Shown one piece after another: positions 7,624-15,724 of a stretch of 64,000 bases of DNA (its first letter is position 1; every line of letters begins with the position of its first letter). The stretch is from Brevinema andersonii (lineage in GTDB: Bacteria; Spirochaetota; DYKD01). The notes beneath the pieces are model-generated. The model made no database searches, was not told the DNA's origin, and was given only the letters and a program-made list of their open reading frames with translations. A program made the translations under genes and the position numbers. The stretch is from contig DYKD01000009.1 in NCBI GenBank assembly GCA_020722765.1, positions 1,718 through 65,717 of the forward strand, read 5' to 3'.

Positions 7624-7980
7624 ATGGACATAGATGATATACCGGTCGGAATACCGTTGATGATGAACTGTCATATATTTTTCCATCATCTACCGAATAA
7701 GCCTGTCAAATGCTGGCTTGAAGTCAATCCCAATGCTCCATTCAACAGGATAATAATACTCGATGATCCGAATTTAGGCGGCCATAATTGCACCATGTCT
7801 GGTAAAGACGCTTTTGTAGACTACGTACGTAGCAAGTACGGTAACATCACAGGAAGATGCATTTGGGCAAATGGACCCATATCTGGGATAGAAGTCTACT
7901 TTCCAGACGGAAAAGCCAGGGAGGAAACGCCAGAAATTTCCAATTCGCTGTCATTGGAAGGACGAATAGACATCTTATGA
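7624..7980 (+). CDS. hypothetical protein
   Basis: AGGAG lies 5 nt upstream of the ATG at 7624 (internal Met of track ORF 7573..7980). Confidence 0.55.
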   Translation: MDIDDIPVGIPLMMNCHIFFHHLPNKPVKCWLEVNPNAPFNRIIILDDPNLGGHNCTMSGKDAFVDYVRSKYGNITGRCIWANGPISGIEVYFPDGKAREETPEISNSLSLEGRIDIL

Positions 7981-8008
7981 TAATGCGGACAAAATTAAGG
8001 AGGTAAGG

Positions 8009-8143
8009 ATGCAGAAGACAGAATCAACATTTGACATGATTCAGCGCTTATGGAAGGAAGAAACCGAACGCATAAGGCAGAAAGAGGAACAGATACGCAA
8101 GCTTAAACGGGAGGCAACACATGAACAAGATTCTGATTCCTGA
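8009..8143 (+). CDS. small charged/coiled protein (44 aa, below the track cutoff)
   Basis: TAAGGAGG SD. Translation is MQKTESTFDMIQRLWKEETERIRQKEEQIRKLKRE... Confidence 0.45.
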   Translation: MQKTESTFDMIQRLWKEETERIRQKEEQIRKLKREATHEQDSDS

Positions 8144-8339
8144 GGAATTTCTGATGGTGAGTTCAGGTCTGTCCGGACAAGCGGATGCAGTGGCTGAATA
8201 CATGGAAACACACCGGAAATGTTATGTATGCGGGAAACCGCATCTCAGGAAAGGTCGAAAGACATGTTCCGACAGGTGTGAGGAGGCCTATCGCGGCAAT
8301 CACACGTTGTACAGACAAATCAAGGAGGAATTGAAATGA
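8121..8339 (+). CDS. zinc-ribbon protein (CxxC...CSxxC)
   Basis: Contains CYVCGKPHLRKGRKTCSDRCEEAYR. Confidence 0.55.
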   Translation: MNKILIPEEFLMVSSGLSGQADAVAEYMETHRKCYVCGKPHLRKGRKTCSDRCEEAYRGNHTLYRQIKEELK

Positions 8340-8494
8340 ACGTTGCTGATGAAATAACTGAAATGATGATCAAAATACAAAAACTTGACACCAACTACTC
8401 GAAGCTTTTGGCTATTGCCGTTGAAGCACTTACACATGACGATACGCCGAAAGAACTTAAAGACCGTATCAAAGCTTTTATAGGAGAAATATGA
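8336..8494 (+). CDS. small hypothetical protein (52 aa)
   Basis: AAGGAGG SD. ATG at 8336 and stop at 8492-8494, overlapping the neighbouring genes. Confidence 0.45.
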   Translation: MNVADEITEMMIKIQKLDTNYSKLLAIAVEALTHDDTPKELKDRIKAFIGEI

Positions 8495-8895
8495 TGATAC
8501 AGGAACGGAAAGGTCTATGTTTCAGATGCGAATACCGGGCCCAGTATTTCGAATCAGGGCATGCTCCACGTATGGAATGCGGATTGCCAGATACATGCAA
8601 ATGGGCCTGTTTTATGTACAAACCTGTATTACCTGTCATCATTGGCAGGCTGAATAAGAGGGATCCGCGTCCCATAACATTGAATATCCTCTCAGCACGC
8701 GTAACTTATCTAGATACCGCAAAAAGTGAGGATATGGAACTGGTGTCTGTCCATGGAAAGACCAATAAGGAACCAAGCATGCTTGTTTACTGGAGACCCA
8801 AAATGAAGGCTAAAATTAGTAAATCTAAAATACAAGGAGTCAAAAATGCAACAGGACGAAAGACAGGAAAGACCGGAAAGGCAGCACGGAAATAA
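8491..8895 (+). CDS. Cys-rich protein with a basic tail
   Basis: 134-aa ORF with a CFRCEY...CGLPDTCKWAC cluster and a Lys-rich C-terminus. Confidence 0.55.
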   Translation: MMIQERKGLCFRCEYRAQYFESGHAPRMECGLPDTCKWACFMYKPVLPVIIGRLNKRDPRPITLNILSARVTYLDTAKSEDMELVSVHGKTNKEPSMLVYWRPKMKAKISKSKIQGVKNATGRKTGKTGKAARK

Positions 8896-9148
8896 TCCGT
8901 TTACCAGGAAAATGCTGGAAGGCGCCTGCCAACTGGAAAACAAGGTATGGGTATATTACCCTAATACGAAGAAACTGAGCCAGAACAGGAAGGACAAATT
9001 GGTTGAATTCAGTAACCACTTGTCAGATACATTCGGACAACCTATCTTCGCAATCTACATGAATCCCAACCAGGAGAATGACGAGTTCCTGTGGGATATA
9101 AGGTTCAAATTCCGCCACACAGCAGATGGCAGGCAATTCAGATCATAA
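8846..9148 (+). CDS. hypothetical protein
   Basis: AAGGAG SD. 100 aa. Confidence 0.5.
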   Translation: MQQDERQERPERQHGNNPFTRKMLEGACQLENKVWVYYPNTKKLSQNRKDKLVEFSNHLSDTFGQPIFAIYMNPNQENDEFLWDIRFKFRHTADGRQFRS

Positions 9149-9165
9149 ATTATAAGGAGTCCAAA

Positions 9166-10362
9166 ATGCAGAGACTGTTACAATTCATAAGGAGCCATCG
9201 GGAACAATTACTCATAATACTTGCGTTGACTGCAGCATTCATACTTACCAGCACAGTCACTTCAATCATCACTTCCAGCAATGAAAGATCAAATATCATC
9301 AGGGAACTGGTGGAAATACAGAAGATCCAGTCAACCACACTCGAAGATTACAGGCGTGACTTCATCCAGAAGGGATTACTGGCCAGACAGGTATACCAAT
9401 GGAGCTGGTACAAATCGGTTAACACCAAGGTAGGCAACCTTAATCTCAACAAGTATTACGCGATGAGCCTTGTTGAATTCAACCAGTTGCTTGAATGGTC
9501 ATGGGAATTCAACCGGCAGCTGTCAATCCCGCCTGACAGTTGGGAAAATTACATCATGCTCGCAAAGTGGATACTTGAAAGCAGCATCTACCTGCAAGCG
9601 GAACACAAGACAGGTGAAATCATCCATATGGCAGGATACACAAGACCAGGTTTCGAGCATGCGCTCATCCAATACAAGTACAAGATGAACATCAATCCAG
9701 GCCATAAGTTCTACATCAGGGACCTTGATATTGCAAGAACAATATCAGACCAGGAAATAAGGCAGATATTCTCGACAACCGACAATGTCCTCAAATTTGA
9801 TTATACCTTCATCCATTACCTGTTGATGAAATATGATTATAAGTGGGACTGGGTTTTGACCGCCTTCCATTTCGGCGAGGACAAGACCGAATATTGGAAT
9901 GGTTTAGGACTGAAGGACATACCCAACTTCAGGCTGGATGGGCAATGGGAAACCCATTACCTGAGGGAATATTACCAGACCGTATTCGAGATAGCCAAAG
10001 GCATAGCCGATGGCACATTCTCCAGAATCAGCAGGTATGAGGAAACCGTCAATAGACTGGCACATAGGGATGCCAGAAGGGACAGGTTCATCAGTGTACT
10101 AAAGTTAAAGGCCAGATCTGAAGACAAGTTCAGGGATCTTGAAGAGAAGTACAACCTATTACGGAATGACTTCAAGGAATACAAGGAAGTCAACGAGCAG
10201 ATATTGCAACAGATGGCGGAACTGAATGATATGTCATTGGCTGATCAGAACAATTCTGATATAAAGGAACAAATTAGACAACTGAAGAAAAGGATCAGAC
10301 AGACGTTCAAGCATCTGAAATTTCCAAATAGGCAGGTACAAACCAATGTACATACCAATTAA
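9166..10362 (+). CDS. membrane-anchored protein with a possible SLT-like lytic transglycosylase core and a C-terminal coiled coil
   Basis: TAAGGAG SD precedes the ATG at 9166. N-terminal TM helix. ILESSIYLQAEHKTGEIIHMAGY and LTAFHFGE loosely match the ES...GLMQ and AYNAG motifs. Confidence 0.5.
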   Translation: MQRLLQFIRSHREQLLIILALTAAFILTSTVTSIITSSNERSNIIRELVEIQKIQSTTLEDYRRDFIQKGLLARQVYQWSWYKSVNTKVGNLNLNKYYAMSLVEFNQLLEWSWEFNRQLSIPPDSWENYIMLAKWILESSIYLQAEHKTGEIIHMAGYTRPGFEHALIQYKYKMNINPGHKFYIRDLDIARTISDQEIRQIFSTTDNVLKFDYTFIHYLLMKYDYKWDWVLTAFHFGEDKTEYWNGLGLKDIPNFRLDGQWETHYLREYYQTVFEIAKGIADGTFSRISRYEETVNRLAHRDARRDRFISVLKLKARSEDKFRDLEEKYNLLRNDFKEYKEVNEQILQQMAELNDMSLADQNNSDIKEQIRQLKKRIRQTFKHLKFPNRQVQTNVHTN

Positions 10363-10990
10363 TACTATGATTAAAGCCACCATTATATGTGGCATTATTG
10401 CCGTAACGTTCATGATCATATCAATGACCAATACCAGAGATGTATTCTTCTATGATAAGCCTACAAAATTGACTATTGCCACAAAGTACATAAAGAATCC
10501 GGCACATGCCATCGCATTTGTCGCTTTATGTGATTATTTGGGTATTGACCTGGCATTGGGACTAGCAGTAATGGAACGTGAGAGCCATTTCAGACAATAT
10601 GCATACTCGTCAAAAGTGGTAAATGGTAAACGCCAAATCATAGCGAGAGGTTATATGGCAACGCATGTCACTACCAGCAAGTTCATAATGACGAAGACCC
10701 CTGGTATGGAATACAGGGGTTCCCAGTCGGAATACGACTCTGCCAATAACATGTATAACGGATTAGTCCACCTCAGATACTGCATTGAAACATTCGGTTA
10801 TAACAAAGGTATAGAGATCTATAATGTAGGTGAAGGAAATTATAAGAAGAGAATACGCAATCCGGACTATACCGCATACGTCCTTACAAGAGCAGATATG
10901 ATCAAAGAGGAAATGCAGGAATTACGGAAAGAACAGGAACGGAAACAGGTTTTCCAACCATTATCGATATATGCATGGAGATTCAAATGA
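10346..10990 (+). CDS. membrane-anchored lytic transglycosylase (SLT domain)
   Basis: N-terminal TM helix. MERESHFRQYAYS (catalytic E-S motif), ARGYMATH and IYNVGEGNY all fit the SLT family. Confidence 0.65.
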   Translation: MYIPINTMIKATIICGIIAVTFMIISMTNTRDVFFYDKPTKLTIATKYIKNPAHAIAFVALCDYLGIDLALGLAVMERESHFRQYAYSSKVVNGKRQIIARGYMATHVTTSKFIMTKTPGMEYRGSQSEYDSANNMYNGLVHLRYCIETFGYNKGIEIYNVGEGNYKKRIRNPDYTAYVLTRADMIKEEMQELRKEQERKQVFQPLSIYAWRFK

Positions 10991-11051
10991 CTACCAAGTT
11001 TACAAGTAAAGACATATTAGTACCTGGCGCTCCTTTTCCCGGAGGTTTGGC

Positions 11052-11480
11052 ATGATAACAATATACGTAGACGGGTCAAGTCTGGGAAATCCGGGAAATG
11101 CGGCCTGTAAGATGGTTATTGAGGATGGGGACAGACATGATGTCCTTGTAAAGGATCTGGGCTTCCATTCCAACAATTATGCGGAACTGGCGGGTATTCT
11201 CATGGGTCTTGAATACCTTGAGAAGAGACGGATGGCAGGCGAACTCGATGGATCCAAAATCCAGATATGGTCTGATTCAAGGATAGCCCTTGGTTGGATG
11301 ATAAACGCGCCAACCAAAGGCGTATTGGATTATCGTGAACTCATGCTGATGATTGATCGCATCCATGAGATAAAAAGTAAGTTACCACAAATTGTCATAT
11401 CCCACTGGCAGACCAGGGCTTGGGGTGAGATCCCTGCAGATTTCGGTAACAAGACAAAAAGCAGGAAGGAGGCAAAATGA
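11052..11480 (+). CDS. rnhA: ribonuclease HI
   Basis: IYVDGSSLGNPGNAAC, NNYAELAGILMGLEY and IWSDSRIALGW match RNase HI motifs. Confidence 0.85.
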   Translation: MITIYVDGSSLGNPGNAACKMVIEDGDRHDVLVKDLGFHSNNYAELAGILMGLEYLEKRRMAGELDGSKIQIWSDSRIALGWMINAPTKGVLDYRELMLMIDRIHEIKSKLPQIVISHWQTRAWGEIPADFGNKTKSRKEAK

Positions 11481-11758
11481 CCAATGATGACATCTCTTTG
11501 GTAAATATCGTATCGGTACTTACCCCCGAACAGAAAGCTGTTTTTGATAACAGCGGGCTTCACAAGGTCGTGGAAACATTCGGTACTAAGGAAGACAATG
11601 TCACAGTCCTAAAGACTGAGTTGGGCAATCTGGTAATAGCCGAGAATCTCAGGCATATCATACCGGTGAAAATAAATATGGATTTAAGGCATCCTGTACT
11701 CATGCTTGGCGCTTTCAGATGGAGGATATTCGACGACGGAATAGAAATTCATATCTAG
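11477..11758 (+). CDS. hypothetical protein
   Basis: ATGA overlap with the RNase H gene. 93 aa. Confidence 0.55.
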   Translation: MTNDDISLVNIVSVLTPEQKAVFDNSGLHKVVETFGTKEDNVTVLKTELGNLVIAENLRHIIPVKINMDLRHPVLMLGAFRWRIFDDGIEIHI

Positions 11759-11766
11759 GAGGCAGT

Positions 11767-14406
11767 ATGATCGTCCATGTTGACGGAACTGCGATAGACA
11801 TATCCCGGACAAGAAATACCAAGGACAATTTGCTCATTGTCATCAAGGTAACCGGGAACATAGTCAGAAACTATGAGCTGGAAGTGGTAGATTATAAGGC
11901 TATGACTAGCCGATCTACGGTTGAATTTGCCCCAATCCATATGGATTCCAAAGGCAATATCATCGTCAATAATCATGTTGTCATAACCGAAGACAATCTA
12001 ATAAGACTTAACGATGGAACATTCGAGAACTCAGCAATAACGAACGAATTCAATGCTCAGAAGATATTGAATAGAACAATCATAGATAATCCTATCTATG
12101 GCGCACTATTCTTGGCTATTACAGGAAAGGAACCTGAATCTATCAACATGTTATCTCTCAATGATGTAAATGAGATCATCAGTAATAGGGACATTATACC
12201 TAAGATCTGGAATGTCAAATATAAAGGTCTCCATATATGGCGTCTTAATCAGAGAGAAGAATATGTATATCAGGCTGTACTCAGAAAAGTTTACCAGATG
12301 GTATTTGAGAATCTAACAGAATCAAGGCTCAAGTATGCCATACGAAAACTGAATCTTTCCAAACAGGAAGCTATCTTCAACAAGCATCAGGCAATTGCAG
12401 CAAGCCATAAGGTTGATATCCCATGGGAAGCTGGCATGATAAACATGCTGGAATATGATGCCAATCTGATCCCTAATGATACCCCGCAGAACGGAAACGC
12501 AGGTCTGGTTGTCGCCAAAGTCTATAAGGAACAGAATGGAAAACGTTTCTCATATCTTCAGTGGATAAACCAATGGGCTGAAAACTGCTCCCCTAACCGG
12601 CAGATTGTAGCTAGATATGTCACTCAGATTTGCGAACTTACAAACCGGAACTTCAAGGACAATCTTGTCAACCTCTTCGCTGCCAGAATGACATACATGG
12701 GATATACGCTAGAAGATGGTTGCGTCATATCTGAAACAACCGCCGAGAAATTCAGATGTTACGACATCAATATTGACAGGTTCATAGTCCGCAATCCAAA
12801 ACTGACGGTCCAACCTCTCGCCAATTTCGACGCATACATGTACGAATACCTGATACAGGATGATGCGCCATTTGTCAACAGGGGTTACCTTGGAACATAT
12901 AATGGTGATAACGAAATCAGAAGCAAATATTATGGCATAGTCACCAATATTGACATAACAGAAACGGAAATCGAAGGTGAATACCTGGTCATTGTCGAGA
13001 CCACATCAGTATTGAGATTACGTGAAGGGGATAAGTTAGCTGATTTGCATGGCAACAAAGTCACAGTAACAAAGATACTGCCTAGTGAACTGATGCCAAG
13101 AGCTTGTGGTAAATATCTTGATATCATTGTCCCACCATGGATTGGCAAACGCGGTTCTGCAAGCAGACTGAAAGAAGAGGAACATTCAACGGTTCATAAT
13201 GTCGCAGTAGTGACAGATTCCCTGAATGACACATTCTATCAGGATGTGGCGGTAGGTCATGTGACCTATATCCGGTTAAGCCAGCATGCAAAGAAGAAAC
13301 TCAACTATAGCCATAAGACAGAAACCAATTATATGGGGCTGGTACCTAAAGGTTATGGGTTGTACAGTTTTGCAGATGCAATGTACCACATGGAAGCGGT
13401 TGGTGCCAAAGACCTGATGATGGAAATCCTAAATAGGACATATGATACAAACAGTCCAGAACTCCTGAATCAGCATCTCAAATGCTTCGGCTTCGAACTG
13501 ATAAAGGGTAGAATTACAGGGCTTTCAAAGACCCCATTCTTCACTGCTCCTGATAATGATATTATCCTAGACAAATTCGTTAATGCTGAAGAGATTGCAA
13601 CACTTGCAGATCCTACCGGTACGGTCCTTGATCCTAGAATATTATATTCTCATTCATGGATAAGAATACCTGAAGGATTACAGCTGACTTTCCATGCCCT
13701 TACCTCGCAATTACGTATCCACAGCTATGACCATGAATATGTGACACACAAGCTGGTAGATGATATGAGCTGGATGAAACGCTATGATATAAGTTTCGGC
13801 CATCTGATGACAGATGGTAAGAAACAGGTATTCATCCGCATACCTCCCGGATTGCGGACATGGACAACGAAGACAGATACAGTGACCTTATCAGATATTC
13901 AGCATCAGTTAAACCAGCTGATAATGCAATTGAAGACATATGAGCAGACAAGGTTCAGGGCCATGCAATTTGATCCTTCAAGACGAATCAATATGCTCGT
14001 GAACAAGCTGTTGGATTCGATGCTGTCAAGAATATTCACGAAATCAGGATTACTCCGCAACACCATCCATCCAAGAACAAAGTTCTCCATGAATGCGGTA
14101 TTAGGCTCGAATCCTGAACTTCCACTTGACACATGTGAAATCCCATTAGAAGCATTCCATGATTATCTCAAAGATGAGGAATTCCGCAAAGCATATGGAC
14201 TAAGTGAGATAGAAGACCCTGACATAGGCGAGATTAATTTCGCCATTGAAAAGATGGATGCAAGATGCCTCGTAATGAGAAATCCTGCACATCAGGTAAG
14301 GAACTGCCAAGGAATGCGATTTAGAGTATGGGCTGGAAATTCAATCAGGATAAATCCGGCAATCGTCAAAGTCTTCGATAAACAAAACAATCTCCGTATG
14401 TGTTGA
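11767..14406 (+). CDS. single-chain beta/beta-prime-like RNA polymerase, 5' exon (raw ORF; the last ~11-17 codons are probably intronic read-through)
   Basis: AGGAGG SD. Beta motifs: MGYTLEDGCVISE, GDKLADLHGNKVTVTKILPSELMP...DIIVPPWIGKRGSASRL and FADAMYHMEAVGA. These are followed by the beta-prime motif RNPAHQVRNCQGMRFRV...IRINP. Confidence 0.8.
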   Translation: MIVHVDGTAIDISRTRNTKDNLLIVIKVTGNIVRNYELEVVDYKAMTSRSTVEFAPIHMDSKGNIIVNNHVVITEDNLIRLNDGTFENSAITNEFNAQKILNRTIIDNPIYGALFLAITGKEPESINMLSLNDVNEIISNRDIIPKIWNVKYKGLHIWRLNQREEYVYQAVLRKVYQMVFENLTESRLKYAIRKLNLSKQEAIFNKHQAIAASHKVDIPWEAGMINMLEYDANLIPNDTPQNGNAGLVVAKVYKEQNGKRFSYLQWINQWAENCSPNRQIVARYVTQICELTNRNFKDNLVNLFAARMTYMGYTLEDGCVISETTAEKFRCYDINIDRFIVRNPKLTVQPLANFDAYMYEYLIQDDAPFVNRGYLGTYNGDNEIRSKYYGIVTNIDITETEIEGEYLVIVETTSVLRLREGDKLADLHGNKVTVTKILPSELMPRACGKYLDIIVPPWIGKRGSASRLKEEEHSTVHNVAVVTDSLNDTFYQDVAVGHVTYIRLSQHAKKKLNYSHKTETNYMGLVPKGYGLYSFADAMYHMEAVGAKDLMMEILNRTYDTNSPELLNQHLKCFGFELIKGRITGLSKTPFFTAPDNDIILDKFVNAEEIATLADPTGTVLDPRILYSHSWIRIPEGLQLTFHALTSQLRIHSYDHEYVTHKLVDDMSWMKRYDISFGHLMTDGKKQVFIRIPPGLRTWTTKTDTVTLSDIQHQLNQLIMQLKTYEQTRFRAMQFDPSRRINMLVNKLLDSMLSRIFTKSGLLRNTIHPRTKFSMNAVLGSNPELPLDTCEIPLEAFHDYLKDEEFRKAYGLSEIEDPDIGEINFAIEKMDARCLVMRNPAHQVRNCQGMRFRVWAGNSIRINPAIVKVFDKQNNLRMC

Positions 14407-14798
14407 CATCAGACCAAAAGTGTTATCTAATATGAGTATCCAGAACTAAGGAGACTCATATGAGAAAGTATTTTACTGGTCGGAAGTACAACAAGAACTT
14501 CTTTAACCAAATCGATTCAAAGGAGAAAGCCTGAAACTTCAAGATATATTCTATGCAGAACCTCCAAAATTCAGGTTAAAGAGGAAAGAGATTAAGTTTC
14601 AACTGTCGAAGTAAAATCCTTCTCAAACGGTGAATCCCCACTTAAATGAGGGCAACGCCGTACCAAAACCCATAGGAATATGGATAATGGTCTATCGACT
14701 TATAGGACTCCAGAACGGAGTTACTAGGAGGCTTTCAAGCCTAAATGAAGGACATCCGAAAGGATGAAGGAATAGTCAGTGCCACTAGTAATAGTGGG
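14356..14798 (+). mobile_element. putative self-splicing (group I-like) intron in the RNAP gene; outer bounds of two candidate 426-nt solutions
   Basis: A ~370-nt ORF-poor gap splits a conserved motif. GNRA-capped hairpins: CATCC-GAAA-GGATG at 14752-14765 and CCACTA-GTAA-TAGTGG at 14782-14797. Long-range pair CCTGAA/TTCAGG at 14529-34/14569-74. Candidate U/G splice pairs are 14355/14781 or 14372/14798. Confidence 0.6.
14459..14533 (+). pseudogene. possible remnant of a LAGLIDADG-type homing endonuclease ORF inside the intron
   Basis: An AAGGAG SD (sequestered in hairpin 14429-14460) precedes MRKYFTGRKYNKNFFNQIDSKEKA*. By my recollection this resembles the ..FF..ID.EEKAYWLG lead-in of LAGLIDADG enzymes, and it stops right where the motif would start. 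Confidence 0.3.
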
Positions 14799-15666
14799 GA
14801 ACATGGGTGATTTCGATGGCGATACTGCGATTGGATACTTTCCAATAAGCAAAGAGGCAATGGAAGACCTGAAGAAATTCACATTGGAAGACCATATCAG
14901 ACATTTTATAACAGAGAAAGACCTGAAAGGATTCAGGATATTACCGACACTACGCCAGAATGATATGTCTATCCGACGATGGTACAAGCACAATACGGGC
15001 ATATCAGAGACTAAGAAAGATCTTGTGGCTCGTTATGGAGAAGCCAAAGCTGCTAACTTCAACAAGCTGTATAATGCAGAATATTCACCAGAAGAACTGT
15101 TCGACATGCAGAAGGATGCAGCTGGTGAATTCAGTTACATGAAATCAGGAACTGCGAATGCCGGCAATATTGGTAACCTGTTACGCAACCTGATGTACAA
15201 GGAACATGGGATGACCGGTATCAAGGTCGCCAACCACGTATATCATGTGCTAGCCCAAGCGGCACTGGATTGCAAGAATTCACTGACTGATAGGGCGAAA
15301 CTGGATACCGCATTCATGGCTTTCAGAAGTTACAAGATGGATAAGCCGACATTCGTGGAAGCGCTAAGTCCATACTTTAAGGACATAATAATAGACACAC
15401 TATGGAAGGTTCTGACAAAGAACGGACGATGGCAGGGAAACATAACAAGCGTGATAGCAAGGAACATGCCGATAGCCCACATAGTGAATGCTGGCAAAGT
15501 ATCAGACCTGTATCTTGCCGCGCTGAATACCAAACTAGGGAAGAAGGAAGGAAGTTTCGTCGAGTATCTGACTGAATTCATCCATCCTCGCAACGATCTG
15601 ATGATTAAGAAAACACTGACTAAGGAAGAGGACATAGTGATCCTATCCACGGACGACGAACCATAA
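14779..15666 (+). CDS. single-chain beta/beta-prime-like RNA polymerase, 3' exon (raw ORF)
   Basis: PLVIVGNMGDFDGDTAIGY matches the universal NADFDGD Mg-binding loop. AGNIGNLLRNLMY resembles the bridge helix. There is no SD or ATG at the ORF start. Confidence 0.8.
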   Translation: MPLVIVGNMGDFDGDTAIGYFPISKEAMEDLKKFTLEDHIRHFITEKDLKGFRILPTLRQNDMSIRRWYKHNTGISETKKDLVARYGEAKAANFNKLYNAEYSPEELFDMQKDAAGEFSYMKSGTANAGNIGNLLRNLMYKEHGMTGIKVANHVYHVLAQAALDCKNSLTDRAKLDTAFMAFRSYKMDKPTFVEALSPYFKDIIIDTLWKVLTKNGRWQGNITSVIARNMPIAHIVNAGKVSDLYLAALNTKLGKKEGSFVEYLTEFIHPRNDLMIKKTLTKEEDIVILSTDDEP

Positions 15667-15672
15667 TGGATT

Positions 15673-15700
15673 GAGGGCGGGCGGATCCCCGTTCGCCCTT
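15673..15700 (+). terminator. hairpin terminator candidate after the RNAP gene
   Basis: GAGGGCGGGCGG-atcc-CCGTTCGCCCTT stem followed by a T-rich TAATTCCTTTATT. Confidence 0.45.
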
Positions 15701-15724
15701 AATTCCTTTATTAAGAGGGTAAGT

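Noticed and set aside
14402-14430. TTGACA-17-TCTAAT promoter-like sequence inside the RNAP intron
   Set aside because: It could drive independent expression of the second RNAP ORF, but that ORF has no SD or ATG and begins mid-motif. The match is likely fortuitous, or at most serves the decayed endonuclease ORF.
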